A stretch of DNA of 64,000 nucleotides, taken from assembly GCA_963735785.1 (NCBI GenBank), contig CAVTMH010000003.1, positions 613,708 through 677,707 of the forward strand. The letters are read 5' to 3'. This DNA comes from an uncultured Chloroflexia bacterium. GTDB lineage: Bacteria > Chloroflexota > Limnocylindria > Limnocylindrales > CSP1-4. The position numbers and the translations under genes are program-made. Positions 42,175 through 52,797 of the stretch are shown in pieces; the first letter of the stretch is position 1; every line of letters begins with the position of its first letter. The notes under the pieces were generated by a model. That model did no database searches and was not told the origin of the DNA. It saw nothing but the letters and a program-made list of their open reading frames with translations.

Positions 42175-43144
42175 TCCTCGCTGCCCCTCGCTCGCCCGGC
42201 CGATCGGCAGATCCGGCGCGGAATGCCCGGACCGTCGCCGCGAATCTCGTGACGGCCTCGGGCGTCCGCGGGTCCATCGCGGCGATGAGGTGCCCGGTCC
42301 CCTCAGCGGCATAGGCCGCCAACCCGGCCGCGACCGCGGCATCGCCGATGAGCGCCCGCTCGACGGACCCATCTCCGTCCCCGTCGTCGTCGCCGCCGGC
42401 ATCGTCGCCGGACCCGGGCGGAGCCTCGCGGAGGCCCGGGTAGCGCACCTCCACACCCACGGTCCGCTCGAGGCTCCCCGGATCGCGGCCCGCCGTCGCG
42501 CACGCGGCCTCGAGGTGGTCGCGCACGCGCCGCCAGCGCTCGTCGGGCAGCCCGAACCACGCGACGTTCCACATGTCGGCGTGACGGGCCGTGAGGTCCA
42601 GCATCCGCGGCCGCCGGGCGGCGATGAGGATCGGCAGGTCGGGCCGCGCTGGAGGAGCGAGGACGGCGTCCCTTGCGGTCATCCAGCGCCCGTCGAGGTC
42701 CGCCCGACCATCGCGGATCAGCTGTCGGATGATCGTGAGCGACTCCTCGAAGCGGCCGACGCGGTGGTCCGTCGGGTAGCCGAACGCCTCGTATTCCGGA
42801 TCGTGCCAGCCGCAGCCGATGCCCAGGATCAGCCGACCCCCGCTGACGTGGTCGAGCGTCGCCGCCATCTTGGCGAGCAGGGCGGCGTTCCGGAAGGACG
42901 TGCACATGACGAGGATCCCGAGCTCGACCCGCGTCGTGGCTTCGGCGATCGCGGCCAGGATCGTCCAGCACTCGTGGATCCCCGTCGTCTTGCCGTCGAA
43001 CCGGAACAGCAGGTGGTCGTAGACCCAGACGGAGTCCAGCCCGTTCGCCTCGGCCGCCATGGCCACCGCGCGGATCGCCGGGTACGGCGCCGGAGCCGTC
43101 GCGTCATCCTCCTGGGCGATCGGCAGCACGACCCCGACCTTCAA
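42149..43144 (-). CDS. LLM class flavin/F420-dependent oxidoreductase (luciferase-like monooxygenase)
   Basis: VWVYDHL…LGIGCGWHDPEYEAFGY… TIM-barrel LLM motifs. Start assigned to TTG at 43144 (MKVGVVLPIAQ) after GAGGAG; ATG at 43189 is an alternative. Carries an acidic low-complexity insert GDDAGGDDDGDGDG. Confidence 0.65.
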   Translation of the reverse strand: MKVGVVLPIAQEDDATAPAPYPAIRAVAMAAEANGLDSVWVYDHLLFRFDGKTTGIHECWTILAAIAEATTRVELGILVMCTSFRNAALLAKMAATLDHVSGGRLILGIGCGWHDPEYEAFGYPTDHRVGRFEESLTIIRQLIRDGRADLDGRWMTARDAVLAPPARPDLPILIAARRPRMLDLTARHADMWNVAWFGLPDERWRRVRDHLEAACATAGRDPGSLERTVGVEVRYPGLREAPPGSGDDAGGDDDGDGDGSVERALIGDAAVAAGLAAYAAEGTGHLIAAMDPRTPEAVTRFAATVRAFRAGSADRPGERGAARISEPPTRR

Positions 43145-43256
43145 TCGTCCGCTCCTCGGTCGGGACAGGGCATGGCCAAGGTCCTCCACATCGGGTATCG
43201 AGGAAGCCTACGCTACGGGTGCGGCAGCTCGCCGCCCGGGTCCAACGAGGAGATCG

Positions 43257-43601
43257 ATGCCGTCGCTCGAGAAGTCACCACCCGAGCTCATCGCCCGCTT
43301 CGATGCCGCGGCCGAGAGGTTCCCGCTGGCGCAGCGTCGCAAGATGTTCGGGTATCCAGCGCTGTTCGTCGGCGGCAATCTCGTCACCGGGTTGTTCGCC
43401 GATCAGTGGATGATCCGGCTGGCCGAGAGCGACCTCGCCGAGCTGCTGACGCGGCCCGGTGCGTCGCCATTCAGCCCGATGGCCGGGCGGACGATGAAGG
43501 GCTACGCCGTGCTGCCGCCGGACGTCGTGGCGAACGACGCCGCCCTCGATGGCTGGCTGGGACGGGCGATCGAGCTCGGCAAGACGCTTCCGCCCAAGTG
43601 A
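43257..43601 (+). CDS. TfoX N-terminal domain-containing protein
   Basis: ATG after GAGGAG. RRKMFGYPALFVGGNLVTGLFADQWMIRL is the TfoX_N signature. Confidence 0.65.
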   Translation: MPSLEKSPPELIARFDAAAERFPLAQRRKMFGYPALFVGGNLVTGLFADQWMIRLAESDLAELLTRPGASPFSPMAGRTMKGYAVLPPDVVANDAALDGWLGRAIELGKTLPPK

Positions 43602-43630
43602 GGGCGGTCGCCCCATCGCCGCGTCCCGGG

Positions 43631-45415
43631 ATGGGTGCGCTCCCGTACCGCGGCGGGACCACGTTCCGGGTCTGGGCTCCGCACGCCGAGTCAGTCGTCG
43701 TGACCGGCAGCTTCGACGGCTGGGCGCCCGAGGCGACGGCATTGGGACGCGATGACGACGGCACGAGTGGCACCTGGTCGGCGGACGTCGAAGGCGTCGG
43801 GCCGGGGGCCGAGTACCGGTTTCGCCTGCGCACCGCGGACGGGACGGAGCTGTGGCGGATCGACCCGTACGCGCGACAGGTCACGAGCTCGATCGGCAAC
43901 GCGGTGGTCTACGACCCGGCCGCCTTCGACTGGGGCGACCACCGGTTCGAGATGCCCGCCCACGACGATCTCGTGATCTACGAGCTGCACGTCGGGACCT
44001 TCAACCCGGATGGCGATCGCCGAGGCGACTTCGACCGCGCCATCGAGCGCCTGCCGTACCTGCGCGACCTGGGCATCAACGCCGTCTCGATCATGCCGCC
44101 CTTCGAGTTCGCGGGCGACGTGTCGTGGGGCTACAACCCGGCGCATGTCTTCGCCATCGAGTCGAGCTACGGCGGTCCGGACGCCTTCAAGCGCTTCATC
44201 GTGGCGGCCCATGCCCAGGGCATCGCGGTCTTCGTCGACGTCGTCTTCAATCATCTCGGCCCGAGCGACCTCGACCTGTGGCAGTTCGACGGCTGGAGCG
44301 CGAACGGTGGGGGCGGCATCTACTTCTACAACGACGAGCGCGCCATCACGCCATGGGGCGCGACCCGACCCGACTACGGCCGCGGCGAGGTCCGCACGTT
44401 CCTGCGTGACAGCGCGCTGACCTGGCTCGAGGAGTTCCAGGCTGATGGGCTGCGCTTCGACGCGACCCTGTTCATCCGGACCATCGATGGACTGCCCGGC
44501 AACCCGGCATCCGAGCTGCCGGACGGCTGGTCGTTCATGGCCTGGATCAACGACGAGATCCGGGCGCGCCAGCCCTGGAAGCTGACGATCGCGGAGGACA
44601 TCCAGGACGACCCGACGCTGGTGGTATCGACCGCCGACGATGGGGCAGGGTTCGGCGCCCAGTGGGATGTCGGCTTCATCCGACGGGTGCGACCAAGCCT
44701 CGAGACCGGCGACGACCGCGAGCGGTCCATCGCGACCGTCGTCGAGGGCATCACCGGCGAGCGTCGCGGCCCACCCATGACGCGGGTCATCTACACGGAA
44801 TCACATGACGACGTCGCGAATGACCGCGTGCGCCTTCCCGAGGCCATCAAGCCGGGTGATGCCGGCAGCTGGTGGTCGGAAAAGCGCGCGACGCTCGGGT
44901 CGGCACTCGTGCTGACGGCCCCGGGCATCCCGATGCTGTTCCAGGGGCAGGAGCTGCTCGAGGACCGCTGGTTCGACGACACCGTCGGCATGGACTGGAC
45001 CAAGGTGACCACCAACGCGGGCATCCTGCAGCTCCATCGCGACCTCATCGCGCTGCGGCGTGGCGGCGGTGGGACCACGCGCGGCCTGCGCGGCGAGCAC
45101 GTGGCGATCGTCCGAGCCGACGACGCGTCGAAGGTGCTCGCCTTCCACCGCTGGCGGGAGGGCGGCCCGGGCGACGACGTCGTGGTCATCGCGAACTTCG
45201 CCGATCGGGTCGTGGCCGACCTGCGGGTGGGCCTGCCCGCCGCCGGGCGCTGGCGGGTCCGGCTGAACTCGGACTGGCCGGCCTATGCGCCCGATTTCGG
45301 CGGCCAGGAAGCGTTCGACACCGAGACGGACGACGACCCCGTCGACGGTTTCGACCAGAGCGCTCTCGTCTCCGTCGGGCCGTACGGGGTCGTCGTCCTG
45401 TCGCAGGACCCCTGA
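43631..45415 (+). CDS. GH13 alpha-amylase family glucan hydrolase/transferase with N-terminal CBM48 (TreZ/GlgB-like)
   Basis: CBM48 YRGGTTFRVWAPHAESVVVTGSFDGW. GH13 motifs DVVFNHLGP, GLRFDAT, AEDIQDD, YTESHDD. The 1142-aa track ORF 41987..45415 is an artefactual extension. Confidence 0.7.
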   Translation: MGALPYRGGTTFRVWAPHAESVVVTGSFDGWAPEATALGRDDDGTSGTWSADVEGVGPGAEYRFRLRTADGTELWRIDPYARQVTSSIGNAVVYDPAAFDWGDHRFEMPAHDDLVIYELHVGTFNPDGDRRGDFDRAIERLPYLRDLGINAVSIMPPFEFAGDVSWGYNPAHVFAIESSYGGPDAFKRFIVAAHAQGIAVFVDVVFNHLGPSDLDLWQFDGWSANGGGGIYFYNDERAITPWGATRPDYGRGEVRTFLRDSALTWLEEFQADGLRFDATLFIRTIDGLPGNPASELPDGWSFMAWINDEIRARQPWKLTIAEDIQDDPTLVVSTADDGAGFGAQWDVGFIRRVRPSLETGDDRERSIATVVEGITGERRGPPMTRVIYTESHDDVANDRVRLPEAIKPGDAGSWWSEKRATLGSALVLTAPGIPMLFQGQELLEDRWFDDTVGMDWTKVTTNAGILQLHRDLIALRRGGGGTTRGLRGEHVAIVRADDASKVLAFHRWREGGPGDDVVVIANFADRVVADLRVGLPAAGRWRVRLNSDWPAYAPDFGGQEAFDTETDDDPVDGFDQSALVSVGPYGVVVLSQDP

Positions 45416-45420
45416 GAGGG

Positions 45421-46818
45421 TCAGTTCGTGGCCGGGCGGATGTTCTGGTTGAGGTGGAACAGGTTGGTCGGGTCGTACCGGCGCTTGACGTCGGCCAGGC
45501 GCTCGTACGTTGCCGTGGGATAGGCCTCGCGGATGCGGGCCTCGCCCTCGGCCTCGAGGAAGTTCGAGTAGACGCCGACCGCGCGCGGTCGCAACTCCTC
45601 GAAGTAGGCCTGCGTCCACGTCTCGTGGACCGGCTTCTCGGCCGGGTCCTCGAAGATCGTGATGAGCACGACCATGACCGGCGCATCGCGGTGGGCGAAG
45701 GCCGTGGCGCCCGCGGAGACCTCGGCCATCCGGCCACCCAGGACGCGGATCTGGGTCATCGCCATCGGTGAGCTGGGCGCCGCCGTGCGGGCGAGGATCG
45801 TATCGACCGCGGCGTCGTCGAGCGTGTCGAGGAACACCGACCGGTGCACCGCCGGGGCGGGGTCCTCGGCGGCCTTCATGAGCTCGTAGATCCCGACGTA
45901 CGGCATGGGCTGGACCATCTCGAAGAGCGGCGTCGCGACCTCGCGGAATGGCTGGATGGCGCGCTGGCCCTCGGCGGGATCGCCGTCATACACGAACATG
46001 ACCGCGAGGACCTGCTGGAAGTGGAGTTCGGCCGGCACGAACGGGAGCGGCGGGACGGGCATGACCATGGAGATCGTGGTCAGTGCTTCGGGCGCGGCGG
46101 ATGCGATCGGGACGAGGCTCCGAAGGACGTCGCGGGTCAGCGGCAACATGAGCATGCCGCCGAGCACCTCGCCGACCGGGTAGAGCCTGAACTGGAAGCG
46201 GGTGACGACCCCGAAGTTGCCGCCACCACCGCGGACCGCCCAGAAAAGGTCGCTGTGCTCGGTCTCGCTGGCGGTGATGACCCGGCCGTCGGCCGTCACG
46301 ACCTCGACCGACACCAGGGCGTCGATGGCCAGACCATGCTTGCGCGCGAGCCAGCCGATGCCGCCGCCGAGGGTCAGGCCGGCGATGCCGACGCTCCCCG
46401 TGTCGCCGAACGGGGTGGCGAGGCCGTGGGCCGCGGCCGCTCCCGTGTACTCACCGGCGGTGAGGCCGGCCTGCGCCCACGCCAGACGGCGGTCGGGATC
46501 GATGTGCAGGCCCTTCATCGAGCTCAGGTCGAGGACGATGCCGCCCTCGCTCGTGCCGTAGCCGGCCAGGCTGTGCGAACCGCCACGGACCGCGAGGTCG
46601 AGTTCAGCGTCGCGGGCGAACGCGACGGTCCGCACCACGTCGGTGGTCGTCGCGGCCTTGACGATCAGTGTGGGCCGACGGTCGATCGTCAGGTTGTGCA
46701 CTTGTCGGGCGGCTTCGTAGGCCTCGTCATCGGGGCGGATGACCGACCCTGTGATGCCCGCGCGCAGCGCGGCGATGTCGAGCGGGCTGGAGGGGGCGGG
46801 CGTGCGGGCGAGGGCCAT
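45421..46818 (-). CDS. FAD-binding oxidoreductase (FAD-linked oxidase, PCMH/BBE-like)
   Basis: VRGGSHSLAGYGT…GIVLDLSSM…GGGIGWLARKHGLAID…WAVRGGGGNFGVVT FAD_binding_4 motifs. ATG at 46818 after AAAGGAAC. Confidence 0.75.
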   Translation of the reverse strand: MALARTPAPSSPLDIAALRAGITGSVIRPDDEAYEAARQVHNLTIDRRPTLIVKAATTTDVVRTVAFARDAELDLAVRGGSHSLAGYGTSEGGIVLDLSSMKGLHIDPDRRLAWAQAGLTAGEYTGAAAAHGLATPFGDTGSVGIAGLTLGGGIGWLARKHGLAIDALVSVEVVTADGRVITASETEHSDLFWAVRGGGGNFGVVTRFQFRLYPVGEVLGGMLMLPLTRDVLRSLVPIASAAPEALTTISMVMPVPPLPFVPAELHFQQVLAVMFVYDGDPAEGQRAIQPFREVATPLFEMVQPMPYVGIYELMKAAEDPAPAVHRSVFLDTLDDAAVDTILARTAAPSSPMAMTQIRVLGGRMAEVSAGATAFAHRDAPVMVVLITIFEDPAEKPVHETWTQAYFEELRPRAVGVYSNFLEAEGEARIREAYPTATYERLADVKRRYDPTNLFHLNQNIRPATN

Positions 46819-47005
46819 CGCGGTCGGTTCCTTTCGGGTGGGTCGCCTGGGGGCGGTGGGAGGAGGTATCGCCATGCTCGTGGCTTGTCGATCCGCCGAC
46901 AGCGGGCAAGCGCCTGCGTCGCGATGCCGACGGATGGCGAGGTCGGACGCGACAGATGACGATGCCGGCGCCCGATGGGCATCGGGGGCGACCGGTCGGG
47001 CCGCG

Positions 47006-47899
47006 TCAGACGGACGCGGGTGTCTCGAGCATGCCGAGCGCGGCACAGTCCTCGGCGATACGCTCGAGCAGCCCGGGGTCGGCGACCGCACCGAACCCCT
47101 GGAGCATGACCCGGCGCAGGCCGAGATCCCGGTAGGCACGCAGCAGATCCCGGCGCGCCGGCCCAGGCGCCGTGTCCGGCAGTCCCCAGATGTGGACCGA
47201 TACGCCGAGCGACGCCGGGTCGCGGCCGATCTCCTCGCATCGCGACGCGATGACCGGCAGCGCCCGCTCGGTCTCGTCCGGCGTCAAGGCGTCAAGGTTC
47301 AGCTCGTCCGCCAAGCGCGCGGCGAGGCGCCACGTGACCTTCGGGCCATTGCCGCCGATGAGGATGGGGATCCGATCGCCGAATGACTTCGGCTCGTGGA
47401 TCGCATCGACCACATGGGCGTGCCGTCCTGCATAGGTGGCATGCCCCGGCGCCAGCATCCGGGTGATGACCTCGAGGTGGTCGGCGAGGATGGCCAGCCG
47501 TTCGGGAGCGCCCGGGAAGCCGTAGCCATAGGCACGCCACTCGTCCTCCTTCCAGCCCGCGCCGATCCCCAGCTCGAAGCGACCGCCCGCGATCACGTCC
47601 AGCGTGGACGCCATCTTGGCCGTCAACGCCGCTGGCCGATATGCCGCAGCGAGCACCAGGTGCCCCAGACGCGCCCGCGTCGTGACGCCGGCGATCGCGG
47701 TGAGCTCCACGAACGGCTCGAACACGGGCGCGTCCACGAGCGGCGGATCCACCTGGAAGTGGTCGTACAGCCACAGCGATCCGAACCCGAGTGCCTCTGC
47801 CTGCCGTGCGGCCGCGACCGTCCGCCTCCACGCCGTCGCCCCGTCCAGCCCCAGGAACTCGCGGTCGCAGCCCTGGGGAAGGGTGAGCCCGACCTTCAT
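47006..47899 (-). CDS. LLM class F420-dependent oxidoreductase
   Basis: MKVGLTLPQG…LGFGSLWLYDHF…ELGIGAGW motifs. ATG overlaps the upstream stop (ATGA). Confidence 0.75.
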   Translation of the reverse strand: MKVGLTLPQGCDREFLGLDGATAWRRTVAAARQAEALGFGSLWLYDHFQVDPPLVDAPVFEPFVELTAIAGVTTRARLGHLVLAAAYRPAALTAKMASTLDVIAGGRFELGIGAGWKEDEWRAYGYGFPGAPERLAILADHLEVITRMLAPGHATYAGRHAHVVDAIHEPKSFGDRIPILIGGNGPKVTWRLAARLADELNLDALTPDETERALPVIASRCEEIGRDPASLGVSVHIWGLPDTAPGPARRDLLRAYRDLGLRRVMLQGFGAVADPGLLERIAEDCAALGMLETPASV

Positions 47900-48942
47900 G
47901 ACTCGCCCTCCCACGGACCGTACGCGGCCTCGACCCGGTCCCTCACGCCCGCGACGACCGCGTCGTCGACCGGTCGCTCATCCGCGACCGAGTGCCACAG
48001 CCCGGCCTCGCGCACGAACGCAGCCAGGGTGCGCATGGCGGCTTCGACATCGTCCCAGGTGACGCCCATCGCCTCGGGTCGGATGTCCACGCCGGCGCGC
48101 TGCATCGCGGCGACCATGTCGTCCGCTCCCTGGTCGTGCAGCACCGACCCGAAGACGACGCCCAAGCCGACCGGCTGGCCGTGGATGAAGTGCTTCCGGG
48201 TCCGCATTTCGAGGTTGTAGAACAGGAAGTGCTCCACGCCTTCGATGTGGCGCGGGTTCCAGCCGGCCGCGTGGAATGTGTTGCCGCCCCAGCGGTGCGC
48301 CTCCATGAGCGTCCGGATCCCGTGATCCGTAACGTCGTGGATGTCGTCGAGCGCAGCGAGCACCATGTCCAGTCGCTGCCGGGCCGCAGCGACCAGCCCC
48401 TCGTCGAAGGGCCACCGGCGTTCCTCGCGACCGAGGTCGCGGCTCAGTCGCCAATCGAGATGGGCGGTGTGGTAGCAGACGATGTCGCCGAAACCCGCGC
48501 GATTGAGCCCGGCCGGTGCGCTGGCGATGACATCGAAGTCGACGTAGACGGCTTCCGGGATCGCGAAGCCGAGGTAGCGGACGATGCCATCGCGGCGCAG
48601 ACCGGCGCGGTGGCCGAATGGGGCGTTGACCGTCATCGCCGTCGGCACCTGGAACAGCGGCAGGCGGCGGCGCCACGCCACGAACTTCGCGACGTCGACG
48701 GCCTGCCCACCGCCCAGGCCGATGACACACGCGGCCTCGGGTAGCGTGTCCACGATCCCCTCGAGCTCGGTCACCTCGAGCGTGCGCACGTGGTGGACGC
48801 CCGCCAGCCCGTCGCCGCCGAGCGCCTGGGCGAACCGCGGCCACAGGTCCTCCATCGTGACAACGAGGTAGGGCCGGTGGACGAATACCGGGAGCTCCGC
48901 GACGAGGTTCCGCCCGAATACGGTCGTGAACTCGCCGCTCAC
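47896..48942 (-). CDS. Iron-containing alcohol dehydrogenase / glycerol-1-phosphate dehydrogenase-like (DHQS-fold) protein
   Basis: GLGGGQAVDVAKFVA glycine-rich NAD motif and His-rich metal site region (HAAGWNPRHIEGVEH). Confidence 0.6.
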   Translation of the reverse strand: MSGEFTTVFGRNLVAELPVFVHRPYLVVTMEDLWPRFAQALGGDGLAGVHHVRTLEVTELEGIVDTLPEAACVIGLGGGQAVDVAKFVAWRRRLPLFQVPTAMTVNAPFGHRAGLRRDGIVRYLGFAIPEAVYVDFDVIASAPAGLNRAGFGDIVCYHTAHLDWRLSRDLGREERRWPFDEGLVAAARQRLDMVLAALDDIHDVTDHGIRTLMEAHRWGGNTFHAAGWNPRHIEGVEHFLFYNLEMRTRKHFIHGQPVGLGVVFGSVLHDQGADDMVAAMQRAGVDIRPEAMGVTWDDVEAAMRTLAAFVREAGLWHSVADERPVDDAVVAGVRDRVEAAYGPWEGES

Positions 48943-48970
48943 CGTGGCGCCATCTCGCTCGCGGCGGCGG

Positions 48971-50515
48971 TCATGCGACGGCCCGTGTCGCGTGCGCCAT
49001 GATCCGCTCCTCGGTCGCTTCGGCGGCTTGGAGCTGGGCCGTGATCCGACCCTCGCGCATCACCAGGATCCGGTCGCTCATGCCCAGGATCTCGGGCAGC
49101 TCGGACGAGACCATGACGATCCCCACGCCCGTCGCGGCGAGCTCGCGGAGCAGCGCGTAGATCTCGCGCTTCGCGCCGACGTCGACACCCCGCGTCGGCT
49201 CGTCGATCAAGAGGATGCGGCAGCGGGCGTGCAGCCATTTGGCGAAGATCACCTTCTGCTGGTTGCCGCCCGAGAGGTTGCGCACCAGCGCCGACGGCCC
49301 GCGCGTCCGGATCGATAGGCGCGTGATGTGGCCGCCCACCGCCCGGCGCTCGCGCCGCGTGTCGATGACCCCGCTCGAGGCGACCTCATCGAGGCGCGAG
49401 ATCGTGACGTTGGTCGCGACCGACTGGCCGAGCAGCAGCCCGTCGGCCTTGCGGTCCTCGGTGAGCAGGCCGATCCCGAGCGCGATCGCCTCGCGCGGCG
49501 ACCGGATACGGGCCGCGACCCCGCCCACGACGACGCTACCAGCGTCGATCGGATCGGCACCGTGGATGGCGCGCAGGACCTCGGTCCGGCCCGAACCGGC
49601 CAACCCGGCGATCCCGACGATCTCGCCACGCGCGACGGAGAAATCGATATCGTGAAAGACGCCGTCGCGACGCAGGCCGCGCACGGCGAGGATCGGCGCG
49701 TCGGACGGTGCCGTCGCCGTCTCGGTCTCCAGGCGGGCGCCATAGATCGCGTCGATCTCGCGGCCGACCATCAGCCGGATGAGGCGCTCCGGGGTCACCT
49801 TCGCGGTGGGCTCGGCGGCCACGACTCGGCCGTCCTTCATGACGACCACGCGGTCGGTGATCCGGAAGACCTCGTTGAGCCGGTGCGAGATGTAGATGAA
49901 CGCGACGCCCTTCTCGGTCAGGCGCCGCATGACCCGAAACAGCCCGTCGAGCTCGGCGTCGGCGAGGACGGCCGACGGTTCATCGAGGACGATCAGACGC
50001 GCGTCGCGCGACAGCGCCCTGGCGATCTCGACCATCTGGCGGCGGGCGACGCTGAGCGAAGCGACGCGGGCCCTCGGATCCAGGTCCAGACCGAGCCGCT
50101 CGGCCACGACGAGGGTGTCCTCGATCAGGCGGCGCCGGTCGACCAGGCCGCGTGCCGTGGTCGGCAGACGGCCCATGTAGATGTTCTCGGCGACGCTGAG
50201 GTGCGGAGCGAGTGCCGGCTCCTGGTAGATCACTGCGAGACCGCGCCGGATCATGTCCTGCGGGCCGCCGGCCTCGACCACCTCGCCATCGACGAGGATG
50301 TGGCCCGTGTCACGGGTGTAGGCACCCGACAGGATCTTCATGAGCGTCGACTTGCCGGCCCCGTTCTCCCCGACGAGCCCGACGATCTCCCCTGGTCGAA
50401 CGGTCAGATCGACGGATCTCAGGGCATGGACACCAGGAAACGACTTGTCGATCGCCCGCATCTCGAGGACGGTCGCCTCGTGACTGGCGGCCTTGTCCGA
50501 GTCCGGCTGGATCAC
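48971..50515 (-). CDS. Sugar ABC transporter ATP-binding protein (two fused NBDs, RbsA/XylG-like)
   Basis: Two Walker A (GENGAGKST; GLAGSGRTE), two signature LSGGNQQK-like motifs, Walker B. GTG start 50515 follows AGAGGAGCGAGG. Confidence 0.8.
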   Translation of the reverse strand: MIQPDSDKAASHEATVLEMRAIDKSFPGVHALRSVDLTVRPGEIVGLVGENGAGKSTLMKILSGAYTRDTGHILVDGEVVEAGGPQDMIRRGLAVIYQEPALAPHLSVAENIYMGRLPTTARGLVDRRRLIEDTLVVAERLGLDLDPRARVASLSVARRQMVEIARALSRDARLIVLDEPSAVLADAELDGLFRVMRRLTEKGVAFIYISHRLNEVFRITDRVVVMKDGRVVAAEPTAKVTPERLIRLMVGREIDAIYGARLETETATAPSDAPILAVRGLRRDGVFHDIDFSVARGEIVGIAGLAGSGRTEVLRAIHGADPIDAGSVVVGGVAARIRSPREAIALGIGLLTEDRKADGLLLGQSVATNVTISRLDEVASSGVIDTRRERRAVGGHITRLSIRTRGPSALVRNLSGGNQQKVIFAKWLHARCRILLIDEPTRGVDVGAKREIYALLRELAATGVGIVMVSSELPEILGMSDRILVMREGRITAQLQAAEATEERIMAHATRAVA

Positions 50516-50622
50516 TGGCCTCGCTCCTCTAGGCGGTGGGATGGGATCCGTCGAGGACGCGGCGGAGGAGAAGCCGCGCCCTCGACGGTGGCTCGGTCCC
50601 GGTGGGACCGATGACGGGATGT

Positions 50623-51636
50623 CTAGAAACCCTTGCCGATCCACTCCGCGGCGTTCGCCGCGTCGATCGTGTTGGTCGGCAGCACCCACTGGGGATCGAT
50701 GGTCTCGCCCGCGAGCAGCTTCTTGGCCGACTCGCAGCCTTCCTTGCCGGCATTGTCGTACGTGAACGTCACGACGATCTTGCCGTCCGCGATAGCCTGG
50801 ATCGCCTCGTTCTGGCCATCGATCCCGACGACCTTGAACTCGTCGGCCCTGCCGGCGGTCTCGAGTGCCGCGACGACGCCCAGCGCCATCGCGTCGTTGT
50901 GCGTGTAGATGACGTCGACCGTGCCCGGGGCGTGGGCTTGGAGCAGGTCGTTCATCGCCGTGAGCGCCTTTTCGCGCTTGTAGTCTCCGTCGACGCTGGC
51001 CACGATCTCGACCGTGGGGTCGTTGTCGGCCAACCATTTCACGAACTCGTCGTGCCGGTCGGTCGTCGCCGAGGAACCCTGGGTCCCCTGGATCTCGATG
51101 ACCTTGCCGCCGTTGCCCCCCAGGATCGTCTTGGAGACGTACTCAGCGGCTGTCCGGCCGATGAGCTTGTTGTCCGCGCCGATGTGCTGGGTCACCGGGT
51201 CGATCACGCCTCGGTCGAGGGTGATGACCGGGATGTTGGCCGCCATGGCGCGCTTGGCCGCTTCGTTCAAACCGACGTCGGTGTTCGGCGTCAGCAGCAG
51301 CACATCGACCGGGCGGGCGATGAATTCGTCGACATGGCCGGACTGCACGGCGTCATCGCCCTGGGCATCGGAGATGAGCGTCTCGGCGCCGGGGTTGTAC
51401 TCCTTGCAGTAGTCGCGGACATTGTTGTTCTGATTGGTGCGCCACTCGTCGCCGCCGTTGGCCTGCGAGAAGCCGATGACGCCACCACCCGCTGCGCTCG
51501 GTGCGGCCGCGCTGGGCGCCGCCGCGGACGGTGCGGCGACCGACGGGGCCGCCGATGGGGCCGCAGGTGTCGTCGTGCAGCCCACGAAAACCATGATCGA
51601 TCCGGCGACCAGACTCGTCTTCAGGATCCGGGACAT
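50623..51636 (-). CDS. Sugar ABC transporter substrate-binding lipoprotein (periplasmic binding protein type 1, RbsB-like)
   Basis: Lipobox LVAGSIMVFVGC followed by an Ala/Pro/Ser linker. PBP1 fold motifs (VIGFSQ…VITLDRG…IDGQNEAIQAI). Confidence 0.8.
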   Translation of the reverse strand: MSRILKTSLVAGSIMVFVGCTTTPAAPSAAPSVAAPSAAAPSAAAPSAAGGGVIGFSQANGGDEWRTNQNNNVRDYCKEYNPGAETLISDAQGDDAVQSGHVDEFIARPVDVLLLTPNTDVGLNEAAKRAMAANIPVITLDRGVIDPVTQHIGADNKLIGRTAAEYVSKTILGGNGGKVIEIQGTQGSSATTDRHDEFVKWLADNDPTVEIVASVDGDYKREKALTAMNDLLQAHAPGTVDVIYTHNDAMALGVVAALETAGRADEFKVVGIDGQNEAIQAIADGKIVVTFTYDNAGKEGCESAKKLLAGETIDPQWVLPTNTIDAANAAEWIGKGF

Positions 51637-51741
51637 GTGTCTTGCCCTCCTTCTCGTGCTTGATACGCCCTTCGTTCTCCGACGCCGTCCCCGGCGGCGT
51701 CACGCGACCGCGCTGCTCCATGGCCGCACTCGGTCACGGGC

Positions 51742-52797
51742 TCACCTGCCTTCCTCCCTGGTCCTGGTCCGCCGCTCCAGGAGGACGGCGCCGAGGATGA
51801 TCAGGCCCTTCACGATCTGCTGCGAGAAGGGCGAGACCCCGAGGAGGTTCAGGAGGTTGTTCATCGCGGCCACGACCGCCGCCCCGACGACCGTGCCGCC
51901 GACCCCGCCCTCGCCGCCGAACAGGCTTGTCCCGCCGATCACCACGATCGCGATGGCATCGAGCTCGAAGCCCGTGCCCTGGGTCGGCTCGGCGGCCGCC
52001 AGGCGGGAGACGACGATGAGGGCGGCGACCGCGGCACACAGGCCGCTGATGACGTAGGCGCTGAAGACGGCACGATCGGTATCGATGCCCGACAGCCGGG
52101 CCGCCTCGCGGTTATCGCCGACCGCATAGATCCGCCGCCCGAACGGGGTGGAGCGGAGCAGGAACCAGGACAGCGCGGCGATGCCGGCGAACAGCAACAG
52201 CGGGACCGGGACGCCCAGGACGTCGCCGTTGCCGATCCAGGCGATGTCGGCGGCGTTGTCGCCGGCGCGGATGGGCTTTCCGTCGGCGATCGTCAGCGTC
52301 AGGCCGCGGGCGATGACGAGCATGCCCAGTGTCATGATGAATGGCTGGAGCCCACCCTTCGTGATGCCCAGCCCGTTGATCGCGCCTGCGCCCGCGCCGA
52401 CGAGGAGTGCCAGCCCGACGGCAAGCGGCCACGGGATGCCGCTGGCCATTGCGGCGGCGAACGTGATGGCGACCAGCCCCAGCACGGAGCCGACCGACAG
52501 GTCGATGCCGGCGGTCAGGATCACGAACGTCATCCCGATTCCAAGGATCCCGACGATGGATGCCTGTCGGGCGACGTTCGTGATGTTGGCGACGGTCAGG
52601 AAATGCGGCGAAAGGGCCGCACCGACGACGAGCAGGATGATCAGGGCAAGGAGGATCCCGTGCCCCCGCACCAGGCCCACGAGACCACCGCCCCTGGCCC
52701 ATCGGGCTGCGGCACGCAACCGGTCGGCCCGGTCCGGCGGCGGCGCCGCGGTCGTCTCGAGGTCGGTCATCGGTGATCGCTCGTCATCGCCTGCCAT
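51742..52797 (-). CDS. Sugar ABC transporter permease (RbsC/BPD_transp_2 family)
   Basis: About 10 TM helices and conserved …TLGMLVIARGL… region. Directly downstream of the SDR gene. Confidence 0.75.
   Translation of the reverse strand: MAGDDERSPMTDLETTAAPPPDRADRLRAAARWARGGGLVGLVRGHGILLALIILLVVGAALSPHFLTVANITNVARQASIVGILGIGMTFVILTAGIDLSVGSVLGLVAITFAAAMASGIPWPLAVGLALLVGAGAGAINGLGITKGGLQPFIMTLGMLVIARGLTLTIADGKPIRAGDNAADIAWIGNGDVLGVPVPLLLFAGIAALSWFLLRSTPFGRRIYAVGDNREAARLSGIDTDRAVFSAYVISGLCAAVAALIVVSRLAAAEPTQGTGFELDAIAIVVIGGTSLFGGEGGVGGTVVGAAVVAAMNNLLNLLGVSPFSQQIVKGLIILGAVLLERRTRTREEGR

Noticed and set aside
41987-45415. 1142-aa ORF on the plus strand
   Set aside because: Only its last 595 codons (from ATG 43631) resemble a protein (CBM48+GH13). 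Upstream it runs antisense through the LLM oxidoreductase and TfoX genes with no recognisable domains.
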